In this document: positions 47,733 through 55,799 of the stretch, piece after piece
Position numbering within the stretch: the stretch's first letter is position 1
How the letters are laid out: each line of letters starts with the position of its first letter
IMG/VR virus record: IMGVR_UViG_3300032268_000986
Location: 46,259-110,258 of that record
DNA from: a virus
Length of the DNA stretch: 64,000 bases
Strand: one strand, 5' to 3'
Notes under the pieces: model-generated
Seen by the model: the letters and a program-made list of their open reading frames with translations, nothing else
What the model was told of the DNA's origin: nothing
The model's database searches: none
Translations under genes and position numbers: made by a program

Positions 47733-47762
47733 GCAAAACACTAGAGGTTAGTCTAGTGTTTT
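47733..47762 (-). terminator. rho-independent terminator hairpin downstream of 47769-48239
   Basis: stem aacactaga/tctagtgtt, loop ggttag; T-run on minus strand (TTTTGCTATAA). Confidence 0.5.
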
Positions 47763-47768
47763 GGAGAT

Positions 47769-48239
47769 CTATGCGGCTTGCAGACCTTTGAATCGGTCGG
47801 CAGCATAGCTGGCAGCAAATGCATAGGGCTTCACAAACGGAATCACGTTGCATGTGCCTTTGATGTAGCCCACGGCCTGCGAAATCACACAGCTTGAGCC
47901 ATGCATTTCGTCAGGGTTGATGTCCAGGTGAACTTCAACATCCCGACCTTCCAACACTTCGGCCAGTTTGAGATACAGTTCCGAAACCTTGTAGACTTCG
48001 GTCATGAGTCGCATGGCAGGCTTACCGGGTTTTTGATCCCACACCCGTTCACGCTGAACTTCGCCAAAGATTTTGCAACCATTGTTGCCGTTGATGTGAA
48101 CCACAATGGCCAACACATAATCGGCCCACCACTCATTGTTGATCTTGATACGTTCCGAGTCGCATCCAAGATAGATGCGAGTTTCGGGCGTTTGTGCCTC
48201 GATAAAAGTCTTGACTTCTTCTAGATTGAGCTTTTTCAT
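47769..48239 (-). CDS. hypothetical protein (156 aa)
   Basis: ORF followed by terminator hairpin. Confidence 0.45.
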   Translation of the reverse strand: MKKLNLEEVKTFIEAQTPETRIYLGCDSERIKINNEWWADYVLAIVVHINGNNGCKIFGEVQRERVWDQKPGKPAMRLMTEVYKVSELYLKLAEVLEGRDVEVHLDINPDEMHGSSCVISQAVGYIKGTCNVIPFVKPYAFAASYAADRFKGLQAA

Positions 48240-48265
48240 AAGTGCCCTGTAATATTTAGCTATTG

Positions 48266-48347
48266 TGGTACCCCAACCCGGACTTGAACCGGGACGCCGA
48301 AGCAGTAGATTTTGAGTCTACCGTGTCTACCATTCCACCATCGGGGC
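48266..48347 (-). tRNA. tRNA-Leu(CAA)
   Basis: loop CTCAAAA; long variable arm. Confidence 0.7.
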
Positions 48348-48363
48348 ATGGGTCCAATATAAA

Positions 48364-48945
48364 TTATATTGGAATCCAGTGATTTAATCTATCTCTGGGA
48401 TCAATACGGGCAGCTGGTACAATATCAAATGCTATGGTAATGCGAGGCTCAGGCAAGTGCCATGGCCAAGTACGATGGGAATCGCCTTGATTTTCACTCA
48501 ACACCAATAGATTATTTTTTCCAACCACATCAAATTCTGTTTCATCAGGCAATCGATACGTGGTGTTGCTGGGCTCGGTGTCCACACAAAAAAATCCATG
48601 CCAACCACAATGCAATGAAAGATTGTGCCTGTGCCAATCTATGTATTCATCTGTGTGACAGTAATTTAACCAAGCCTGACAATAGTATGCAGTGTTGTCG
48701 CAATGTTCTCTAAACATTGTTTTTAGTTCTAAATACAATTGATGAAATTCTGGATAAGGGTACATAAAAATATTGTAATTCTTAAACAGTTGAGTTACTA
48801 ACGAATTGGTTATCCTTGTCGTGCCAGGATCTTGTTTCTCAGGCCATGTATCAAGCACCAGTTGCCGCATCAACTCACAACTTGATTTTAGCTGTGCAAG
48901 ATCTAGCTTCAGTTCTTTTGTTAGAATATAGTTGTGATGATTCAT
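48364..48945 (-). CDS. hypothetical protein (His-rich; possible cupin/oxygenase)
   Basis: ORF open to 49038 but that part overlaps tRNA-Pro; ATG 48945 (MNHHNYILT) chosen. Confidence 0.45.
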   Translation of the reverse strand: MNHHNYILTKELKLDLAQLKSSCELMRQLVLDTWPEKQDPGTTRITNSLVTQLFKNYNIFMYPYPEFHQLYLELKTMFREHCDNTAYYCQAWLNYCHTDEYIDWHRHNLSLHCGWHGFFCVDTEPSNTTYRLPDETEFDVVGKNNLLVLSENQGDSHRTWPWHLPEPRITIAFDIVPAARIDPRDRLNHWIPI

Positions 48946-48965
48946 AAAATTAAACACTCTAAAAT

Positions 48966-49042
48966 TGGTCTCTGTAGCAGGATTCGAACCTGCGACCCCT
49001 TGCACCCCATGCAAGTGCGCTACCAGGCTGCGCCACACAGAG
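48966..49042 (-). tRNA. tRNA-Pro(GGG)
   Basis: loop ATGGGGT; C1-G72; backbone near-identical to tRNA-Pro(TGG). Confidence 0.55.
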
Positions 49043-49322
49043 ATTTATTTTTACATACAAAAATAAAAAATGCAAACAATCCGGTTTCGCCAGGGCCTCT
49101 GCAAGTCATCGACAATAGATAACTTTTCACACCGGAAACAGAGATAGACCTCTCATCTACCCAACTGGTCCATGTTAGATTAGTCGGATTACCAGTCCAA
49201 GAGCTAACTGGGGTATTACCCCCGCACGAGTCTTTGTTTGCAAAAATGGCGGGCCTGTACAGGAATCGAACCTGCCATCCGGCGCTTTGGACACGCCACG
49301 AATCTCCAGAGTGACCCATGAT

Positions 49323-49396
49323 TGGTGGACCGTGGGAGAGTCGAACTCCCGATGCTGCCATGCCATGGCAGAGTTATCCCATTTAACTAACAGCCC
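49323..49396 (-). tRNA. tRNA-Ala(GGC)
   Basis: G3-U70 in acceptor GGGCTGT; loop ATGGCAT. Confidence 0.65.
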
Positions 49397-49400
49397 GTTG

Positions 49401-49484
49401 TGGTACGAGAGACGGGACTCGAACCCGTATGCCTTGCGACGGGAGATTTTAAGTCTCCTGAGTATACCATTTCTCCACTCTCGC
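49401..49484 (-). tRNA. tRNA-Leu(TAA)
   Basis: loop CTTAAAA; long variable arm; acceptor GCGAGAG. Confidence 0.7.
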
Positions 49485-49488
49485 ATTT

Positions 49489-49564
49489 TGGTGCGTGATG
49501 ACGGAGTCGAACCGCCGGCATCCAACGAGTCAAATTGGCACTCTACCAACTGAGTTAATCACGC
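49489..49564 (-). tRNA. tRNA-Val(GAC) (anticodon assignment uncertain; T at position 37)
   Basis: canonical acceptor GCGTGAT/ATCACGC, D and T arms; loop TTGACTC. Confidence 0.45.
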
Positions 49565-49570
49565 AAGACT

Positions 49571-49647
49571 TGGTGCCCCAGAGGAGACTCGAACTCCTAA
49601 AATTTGGTTTCTAAGACCAACACGTATACCAATTCCGTCACCGGGGC
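49571..49647 (-). tRNA. tRNA with anticodon TAG but class-I (short variable arm) architecture
   Basis: loop CTTAGAA in TTGGT/ACCAA stem; 5-nt variable arm; good acceptor and T-arm. Confidence 0.5.
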
Positions 49648-49661
49648 AAATTTCAATAACA

Positions 49662-49737
49662 TGGTACCACGAGCTGGACTCGAACCAGCCACACACAGAT
49701 TTTCAGTCTGCTGCTCTACCTGATGAGCTACCGCGGC
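49662..49737 (-). tRNA. tRNA-Phe(GAA)
   Basis: loop CTGAAAA; D-arm GCTCATCAGGTAGAGC. Confidence 0.65.
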
Positions 49738-49742
49738 AAAAA

Positions 49743-49831
49743 TGGAGGAAGGCTAGTAGAATCGAACTCTATGCGCTTTCGCACACCTTCTGTTTTCAAG
49801 ACAGAGTCAGGCCCAGCCTGATTAACCTTCC
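49743..49831 (-). tRNA. tRNA-Ser(TGA)
   Basis: loop CTTGAAA; long variable arm. Confidence 0.7.
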
Positions 49832-49840
49832 ATTATTCAA

Positions 49841-50010
49841 TTACTTTTTTTCTCGACGTGTGCTTTTTTGATGCACTTGTTCTTGAGCAACTTTCACATA
49901 ACTGCGAATAAATGCACCACGTCTATGGTTATCCAAAATGGTGCAAGCCAGAGTTTTAACTGGTTTGCCAATCTTTACTGCACGTGAATCATAACCTCTG
50001 CAAGTCATAT
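49841..50010 (-). CDS. small basic protein (56 aa) embedded in tRNA array
   Basis: AAAGGAAC SD 7 nt before ATG; MTCRGYDSRAVKIGKPVKTLACTILDNHRRGAFIRSYVKVAQEQVHQKSTRREKK; ribosomal-protein-like composition, no confident family. Confidence 0.4.
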
Positions 50011-50028
50011 TTGTTCCTTTAAATTTTT

Positions 50029-50105
50029 TGGTCGGAGTACAAGGATTCGAACCTTGGACCCCCTGGTCCCAAACCAGGTGCGCTACCAGACTGCGCCACA
50101 CTCCG
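50029..50105 (-). tRNA. tRNA-Pro(TGG)
   Basis: loop TTTGGGA; C1-G72. Confidence 0.7.
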
Positions 50106-50111
50106 AAATAC

Positions 50112-50186
50112 TGGTACCTGGACACGGTTTCGAACCGCGGACCCTCTCGGTGTAAACGAGATGCTCTACCCCTGAGCTATCCAGGC
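50112..50186 (-). tRNA. tRNA-Val(TAC)
   Basis: loop TTTACAC; D-arm GCTCAGGGGTAGAGC. Confidence 0.7.
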
Positions 50187-50191
50187 AATCA

Positions 50192-50265
50192 TGGAGCGGG
50201 ATGGGGGAATCGAACCCCCGACTTTAGCTTGGAAGGCTAAGGTAATACCATTTTACGAATCCCGC
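50192..50265 (-). tRNA. tRNA-Gly(TCC)
   Basis: loop CTTCCAA; acceptor GCGGGAT. Confidence 0.7.
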
Positions 50266-50309
50266 ATGTTTGTATTATACAGCCGACAATCGCAGTTGTC
50301 AACATTATC

Positions 50310-50384
50310 TGGTGGATGTAAGTAGATTCGAACTACTGACCTGCCGCGTATGAAGCGGATGCACTACCGCTGTGCTATACATCC
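50310..50384 (-). tRNA. tRNA-Met or tRNA-Ile2 (CAT), elongator type
   Basis: loop TTCATAC; G1-C72 acceptor GGATGTA. Confidence 0.65.
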
Positions 50385-50389
50385 AAAAT

Positions 50390-50464
50390 TGGGGTGTCGT
50401 ATGAGAATCGAACTCATGACAGCGGAATCACAACCCGCGGTTTTGCCACTAAACTAACGTCACC
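50390..50464 (-). tRNA. tRNA-His(GTG)
   Basis: loop TTGTGAT; extra G-1 pairing with C73. Confidence 0.7.
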
Positions 50465-50583
50465 ATATAGAAACACTTTCAATATCAGTTCCTTGCTGGC
50501 ACAAAGAACCTTTCGCCTCTGCCAGGAGACCGAACATTGGCCGCGCTCATTGGCGGTTACTGTCCGTCAAAAATGTTTTTATA

Positions 50584-50657
50584 TGGTAGGGGCACAGAGA
50601 ATCGAACTCTGATTAATAGGTTAAAAGCCTACTACTTTGCCGTTAAGTTATACCCCC
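50584..50657 (-). tRNA. tRNA-Lys(TTT)
   Basis: loop CTTTTAA. Confidence 0.65.
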
Positions 50658-50660
50658 ATA

Positions 50661-50735
50661 TGGTCCCTCCGGTGAGATTTGAACTCACACTTCTCGGATT
50701 AAGAGTCCGGTATGCTACCGTAACATCTCAGAGGG
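50661..50735 (-). tRNA. tRNA-Lys(CTT)
   Basis: loop CTCTTAA; T-arm GTGAGTTCAAATCTCAC. Confidence 0.6.
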
Positions 50736-50840
50736 ATGGATCGTAAAGAATTGTCTTTCACGTGCCATCCCTGACCATACGGGGTCAAGAATGACACTAA
50801 CGTTTGGCACGTTTCATGTCGTTCTCCTTGTTTAAAAAAT

Positions 50841-50917
50841 TGGTGCCGCGTGAGAGATTCGAACTCCCCGCCCCTGCGTTCGTAGCACAGTGCTCTATCC
50901 AAATGAGCTAACGCGAC
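50841..50917 (-). tRNA. tRNA-Arg(ACG)
   Basis: loop CTACGAA; D-arm GCTCATTTGGATAGAGC. Confidence 0.65.
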
Positions 50918-50974
50918 CTAGAAAAGAATAGCCCAGGGACCTAACTCGTCAAAGGAGAGTATGGACTATGTTTG

Positions 50975-51049
50975 TGGTGCCCCGGGGGTGAATCGAACAC
51001 CCGACCTCGGATTACAAAACCGATGTTTTACCACTAGAACTAACGGGGC
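50975..51049 (-). tRNA. tRNA-Thr(TGT) (uncertain; T-T at 31-39, alternative TTG)
   Basis: loop TTTGTAA; T-arm GGGTGTTCGATTCACCC. Confidence 0.45.
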
Positions 51050-51056
51050 ATGTTGT

Positions 51057-51146
51057 TGGCGGTGCGACTGAGACTCGAACTCAGAAAGCGGCTTTCACCA
51101 CTCGACGGATTAGCAATCCGCTCCAATACCATTATGGGACCGCACC
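51057..51146 (-). tRNA. tRNA-Ser(GCT)
   Basis: loop TTGCTAA; long variable arm. Confidence 0.7.
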
Positions 51147-51154
51147 TCAAAAAT

Positions 51155-51230
51155 TGGCTCCCCAGGGTGGGATCGAACCACCGACACCTTGATTAACAGT
51201 CAAGTGCAACTACCGCTGTGCTACTAGGGA
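51155..51230 (-). tRNA. tRNA-Asn(GTT)
   Basis: loop CTGTTAA in CTTGA/TCAAG stem. Confidence 0.7.
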
Positions 51231-51275
51231 ATAATACAATTATATAGTCAACAGGTGTTGCTGTCAACTAAAACT

Positions 51276-51350
51276 TGGTGCCGCCACATGGGATCGAACC
51301 ATGGACCTACGCCTTATCAAGACGGTGCTCTACCACTGAGCTATGGAGGC
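51276..51350 (-). tRNA. tRNA-Ile(GAT)
   Basis: loop TTGATAA; D-arm GCTCAGTGGTAGAGC. Confidence 0.65.
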
Positions 51351-51358
51351 ATAAAAAC

Positions 51359-51432
51359 TGGCACGGGAACTAGGGATCGAACCTAGGACGACAGAGTCAA
51401 AGTCTGTTGTGTTACCTCTACACCATTCCCGA
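51359..51432 (-). tRNA. tRNA-Gln(TTG)
   Basis: loop CTTTGAC in ACAGA/TCTGT stem; imperfect acceptor top pair. Confidence 0.55.
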
Positions 51433-51440
51433 ACAAAACT

Positions 51441-51515
51441 TGGTGGACCGTGGGAGAATCGAACTCCCGCCCGAGCCGTGCAAAAGCCCTGTGCTACCAC
51501 TATCACTAACAGCCC
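51441..51515 (-). tRNA. tRNA-Ala(TGC)
   Basis: G3-U70; loop TTTGCAC; near-identical ends to tRNA-Ala(GGC). Confidence 0.7.
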
Positions 51516-51523
51516 AAAAAACT

Positions 51524-51597
51524 TGGCATCCCGCCAGGGACTCGAACCCCGACCAACGGTTTTGGAGACCGACATGCTGCCATTACACCAGCGAGAC
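51524..51597 (-). tRNA. tRNA-Trp(CCA)
   Basis: loop CTCCAAA; acceptor GTCTCGC with G-U pairs. Confidence 0.6.
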
Positions 51598-51611
51598 ACG
51601 TTAAATACTAC

Positions 51612-52226
51612 ATGAAAATCAATTTTACCACTGCATCACCTGCCATCTATTATCTTGACACTGTGGAACCCCCGCAACCTTGGCCCACCTTGTTACACGA
51701 ATTGCAACAGTTATTATGGCAACAGGAACCAACCATTGGCGGTCAAGATCACTTTGCTGTGAGTTGCCTGGGCGCACATACCATACCATACCATTCTGCA
51801 CCGCATAAATTTCAACAACACTTTGTTGCAGACACGTTCAAACAACAAGTGCTAGATCAGCTGTTTGACAATGAAGAATTCATGATGCAGTGGGCCAACC
51901 CTGAACGCAAACATGTCAATGACATAACTGTGTTATGTGTGAATTGGGTTGCAACCCCGCCAAGATATCGCAATCATCCTTGGCATGTTGACAGTCGCTG
52001 TCAAATGGCACATGGCATGATCTATATCACCGAGCAAGACAATGTTTTACACAGCACTTGGTTCGATACTGGGCGTAACGGACATTTGTTGCGCATTCCG
52101 TCGGCACCGGGGCAAGGTTGGATGGTAGTAAACACTGACCAAGCCAGACACTGTGCTATGAACGACACTGACCGCACACGTTACAGTCTCAAATTCAGTC
52201 TTGAGCTAAAAGTGAGAAAATTTTAA
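51612..52226 (+). CDS. 2OG-Fe(II) oxygenase-like protein
   Basis: NHPWHVDSR HxD motif and distal His. Confidence 0.45.
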   Translation: MKINFTTASPAIYYLDTVEPPQPWPTLLHELQQLLWQQEPTIGGQDHFAVSCLGAHTIPYHSAPHKFQQHFVADTFKQQVLDQLFDNEEFMMQWANPERKHVNDITVLCVNWVATPPRYRNHPWHVDSRCQMAHGMIYITEQDNVLHSTWFDTGRNGHLLRIPSAPGQGWMVVNTDQARHCAMNDTDRTRYSLKFSLELKVRKF

Positions 52227-52426
52227 CACACTCTTTGGAATGTGTGTATTAAAACAGACTGTATGCTTAGGGAATAACATTTCTGTCAAGCGACCGGCAA
52301 CGGGTACGCAATCTGTTTTAATACGCTCGGATTTTTTTATGTACAAGAACATAAGCCATCCCCGAGGCCGCCCATTTGAAGCATGTTTAGAGTGCGCTTC
52401 GGGATCTCGTTTCCCATGTACACTAA

Positions 52427-52470
52427 ATGAAAAACCCTGGAGTTTTTAGTTCCAGGGTCTTTTGAATTTT
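52427..52470. terminator. bidirectional rho-independent terminator
   Basis: stem ccctgga/tccaggg flanked by A-run and T-run (tcttttgaattttt). Confidence 0.55.
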
Positions 52471-52632
52471 TCTTGAGTCAGTTAATCTAGTTAACCATCC
52501 CAACCTTCAAAGGACCCCGACACTCCTGGAATACTATTCAAGCCCGCAAAACCGCGTGACCAGACAGACGCTGTCTGGAGCATTGTGGATTTTGTCAGCA
52601 GTGAATGATTCGTTGTGTTCATCATAAGTCCT

Positions 52633-52661
52633 ATTGTATAGTATTTAGCAATTGTTGTCAA
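52633..52661 (-). promoter_or_regulatory. sigma70-type promoter TTGACA-N17-TACAAT driving unannotated leftward transcript
   Basis: rc TTGACAacaattgctaaatactaTACAAT. Confidence 0.5.
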
Positions 52662-52678
52662 CCACTAAAGTGTTTTAT

Positions 52679-52861
52679 TTATCCATTTGTAGTCATTGTG
52701 TATGTTTCACTCATGTGAACCATGTACGCACGACTGGTGTTTGTTTCGTTATGGCTCTTGATAAAATCTCGAGCCAAGGCCTCACTATCAAAATACACAG
52801 TGCCACCAACAGTCATGTCGGTTTCTCTTTGTTCGTTGACAATAACAACTTTGTATTTCAT
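52679..52861 (-). CDS. hypothetical protein (60 aa)
   Basis: ORF abutting tRNA-fMet-like gene; no SD. Confidence 0.3.
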   Translation of the reverse strand: MKYKVVIVNEQRETDMTVGGTVYFDSEALARDFIKSHNETNTSRAYMVHMSETYTMTTNG

Positions 52862-52868
52862 AGTTAAT

Positions 52869-52944
52869 TGGTTGCGGGACTTGGATTCGAACCAAGGATG
52901 GCAAAGGCTTATGAGACCTCGCTAGTGACCAGACCTTCCCCGCG
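52869..52944 (-). tRNA. initiator-like tRNA-fMet(CAT) with degenerate D-arm
   Basis: 5' CGCGGGG and 3' CCCGCAACCA as in bacterial tRNA-fMet (C1-A72 mismatch); loop CTCATAA; D-stem poorly paired. Confidence 0.6.
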
Positions 52945-52969
52945 CTATTCAGTTACAGTTATTTATACA

Positions 52970-53047
52970 TGGAGTCTCGGGAGGGATTTGAACCCACGAA
53001 TCAACGGATTTGCAATCCGAGCCATTGAGCCACTCTGGTACCGAGAC
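52970..53047 (-). tRNA. tRNA-Cys(GCA)
   Basis: perfect acceptor GTCTCGG/CCGAGAC; loop TTGCAAA. Confidence 0.65.
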
Positions 53048-53803
53048 ATTACCCTATATGTAAACACACTGTCATCACCACCATACTTCCACGTCTTACG
53101 GCAGATGTGTCTGTCCTGTGTGTTTACATATAAGCATGTTGAATTTGAGAGCCTACGCCGCTTTTATCGTAGATTTATTCAGGACTTACCGGCCGCCTAG
53201 CCTGACCTCGAGCACGATGGATATCACTTGGGCTTCGTCCAGCGTAGTCTCCTTTACAGACCTCCGCAGTTGCCCGCGGGTGGGAGTTGAACCCATTTGC
53301 CTTTTACTGCTTTGGTCCTTCGAAGAAACCTAGACAGCGTGACTTCACTTGCTGACACTCTCAAAACTTGGCGGTCCTAGGGGGTAACGATCCCCACTCT
53401 TACGGCGTGACAAGCCGTCGTGCGTCCATGAACACTTTAGGACCAATTTTTATAGTCAAGCACCGAGAATGCCAATTTAGGAGTCCGGTGCTTCCGTTCC
53501 AAAGCCGATGCAGTTATGTCAGGATCCGTTCCCGGCCGGTTGGACCCGAATAGTGTATGCGTCCATACACGATACCTTATCGATGCTTGACTATAAAAAC
53601 AAAAATGCTCTGCATCCCCCGGCGGTAATTGTAGTGCATCATCTCTTGGATTTCTCCGCAATTCTCACACACCTTCCACCCGCTTCCCGACAGGGACCGT
53701 TATCGCATTGCCAGCGGCCTTTCGGTAAGAAGACTACCACCCTTGGCTATCACACCACTTCTCATCTTGCGGGTCACAATATCTGCTGATTAGGCAGAAC
53801 GTT

Positions 53804-53890
53804 TTGGTGGAGACGGATGGATTCGAACCACCGCGCTTTTTAGGGGCCAGATTTACAGTCTGGTGCAATCAACCACTCTGCCACATCTCC
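53804..53890 (-). tRNA. tRNA-Tyr(GTA)
   Basis: loop CTGTAAA; long variable arm. Confidence 0.7.
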
Positions 53891-53963
53891 AAAAAAGGTA
53901 GGATCACGGTTGCAGGACCTAGTGCTCTTGCGAGGAAGTATCCAGGCGATGTGATCCTAAAAA

Positions 53964-54038
53964 TGGTACACGATACGGGAATCGAACCCGTCTTACCAAC
54001 GTGAAAGGCTGGTGTCCTAAACCGATAGACGAATCGTG
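53964..54038 (-). tRNA. tRNA-Glu(TTC)
   Basis: loop CTTTCAC; T-arm ACGGGTTCGATTCCCGT. Confidence 0.65.
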
Positions 54039-54499
54039 CATGCTATATGCAACCACATTAGGGAAGTTCTTGACACGCATCACCAACTTGCATCAAGACC
54101 TCATTACGGGCCTAGTAGTTCCGCCGCCTTCCTGGAGTTTGGTGTAGCCCTATCCCTCACGCTCGATGGTGTCTCGCGCTACTCTTAGGCCCTCCTGCTT
54201 CATGGGTATCCGGCTCGAATCAGCCTTTTGTTCACCCCTAACGGACTAGGTAACCCTAATGTGTTTGCATATAGTAGCTGGGCAAACCCAGCACCATATG
54301 AAAATAACTGTAACTTGTTAAAGAACTCTGGAACTAGTTGTGATCAACTATTTCCTAACTAGCCACTAGTATAACATCATCTGCCATACCGGTCAACTTG
54401 TTTTGTAAAAGCCCCGCCTTGTTGCAGGGTCTTTACAAACTCAGCTGTCTTTCCCGACTTGTTTCTATTGTAACACTCTACTCAATTTTGGTCTAGCAC

Positions 54500-54540
54500 T
54501 AAAAGAAAAACCCGCATCATGTGCGGGTCTTTGGTTGTTA
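54500..54540. terminator. bidirectional rho-independent terminator (stronger on minus)
   Basis: stem cccgca/tgcggg between aaaagaaaaa and tctttggtt. Confidence 0.55.
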
Positions 54541-54722
54541 GTACTTTCTACTTAGGGTGTTACACCCGCTGTAACACCTGTACCGTTGACGATGGCTCGC
54601 AATCGCTCTCATAGGCTATTGCTGTCCAATAATTCAAGGTGATTAGTTGTGTCATCATAGTGTTATTATATATGCCTGTGCAATAAATGTCTATACTTTT
54701 CTGGGTCTTTTTGTCCATTTTG

Positions 54723-55799
54723 TCAGAGATCCAACAACACATGATGCTCGCTCACGCTGCCGATGTAGTCACACCGAACTTGGCTCTGGTTGAACCAACC
54801 AGGGTGCTGGTGTTGCAATAGGTCACAGTAGGCTTCAAACTTTGCCAATGTGGTTTGACCCTGGGAACTCAGCGCACAGTTATTGATCAACAGCAGTTCC
54901 TTGCGGTCAAATTGCCAGTCATGTTGATGTGACACTGTGCCATTGATTCTTGGAAACCCCCACTTTTTATCCAGGCAGTTTCCTGGTGTGGGGAACCCCA
55001 AGGCAGCTTTGATGTCAAGCCCCTGCACTCCCTGTTGCGCAAGATCATGTAGGCCGTATGCATACGCAAACGCTAGGTTAGGGTTGCGTTGGTCACAGAA
55101 AAAGTGAATCATGCGAGGAGTCATGAAATTCAAATTGAACCGGTTGTCCATCCAGTAAAATTTGTTGCCATCTAACACTGGCATGGCAGCACCACCAACA
55201 TTGACATAATTATCTTGTTGTAGATGTGGATAACACTCAATGGCCTGCAACGGGTTAGTGGTGCATGGGCGCAGTGTTTTGTGTCGCAACCACCGATGTT
55301 CTACATCTTCCATGTACCAAGCATAGTGCTCGGGCAAGATATCATAGTACACCACTTGAGCTCGACTGCGGTATTGTTGCAGAGTCTTGGCCAGCACGGA
55401 CCTAAAGGGAAACACATCAATTTCTATATTGACATACTCATCCACAGCACCAGGGAATCTACGATACACTGCAATTTCATCAACATCTGCCCCAGTTTCT
55501 AAAAATGCCATCAGGGCAGCATGACTGTCCATGCCACCGCTGTACCACAGGCGTATGCGACTGTGATGATCACGTATGAGTTGGGCCTGATCCAAGCACA
55601 GTTGCCAAAAAGTTTTTTGCGGTCGTAATCCGGCTAGGCTGTGGGACCAAACACGAAACCCCGGTGCGGCATGCCCCAGTTCTTGAGCTTTTCTCAGCGC
55701 ATCAATCTTGCTGTGTCCATGCCATGTGCTCACATGGTAATGAGGTCCTGTGTAGCCCTGCCCTGGATCAATCTTTTCTGTGACTTTTACTGGTGTCAT
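54723..55799 (-). CDS. PP-loop ATP pyrophosphatase-family enzyme (QueC/TilS/asparagine synthetase-like)
   Basis: SGGMDS PP-loop motif at ~aa 88. Confidence 0.6.
   Translation of the reverse strand: MTPVKVTEKIDPGQGYTGPHYHVSTWHGHSKIDALRKAQELGHAAPGFRVWSHSLAGLRPQKTFWQLCLDQAQLIRDHHSRIRLWYSGGMDSHAALMAFLETGADVDEIAVYRRFPGAVDEYVNIEIDVFPFRSVLAKTLQQYRSRAQVVYYDILPEHYAWYMEDVEHRWLRHKTLRPCTTNPLQAIECYPHLQQDNYVNVGGAAMPVLDGNKFYWMDNRFNLNFMTPRMIHFFCDQRNPNLAFAYAYGLHDLAQQGVQGLDIKAALGFPTPGNCLDKKWGFPRINGTVSHQHDWQFDRKELLLINNCALSSQGQTTLAKFEAYCDLLQHQHPGWFNQSQVRCDYIGSVSEHHVLLDL

Noticed and set aside
47700-47745. TTGACA ... TATAAT-like hexamers near 47701-47735 as a promoter
   Set aside because: On either strand the -35-like hexamer lies on the wrong side of, or at wrong spacing from, the -10-like hexamer; the region is better explained as the terminator hairpin after 47769-48239.
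49020-49549. ORFs 49020-49361 (113 aa) and 49175-49549 (124 aa) on minus strand, and 49287-49553, 50028-50240, 50394-50612, 50537-50746, 50699-50902, 51330-51615, 52868-53200, 53437-53789 etc.
   Set aside because: They lie entirely over tightly packed tRNA genes or the structured noncoding region, have no RBS, and their translations are low-complexity; artefacts of the ORF track.
52869-53047. Interpreting the degenerate initiator-like tRNA plus tRNA-Cys pair as the tRNA-like domain of a tmRNA
   Set aside because: Both fold as complete cloverleaf-like units with their own anticodon arms and encoded CCA; no tag-peptide reading frame ending in ...AA-stop found nearby.
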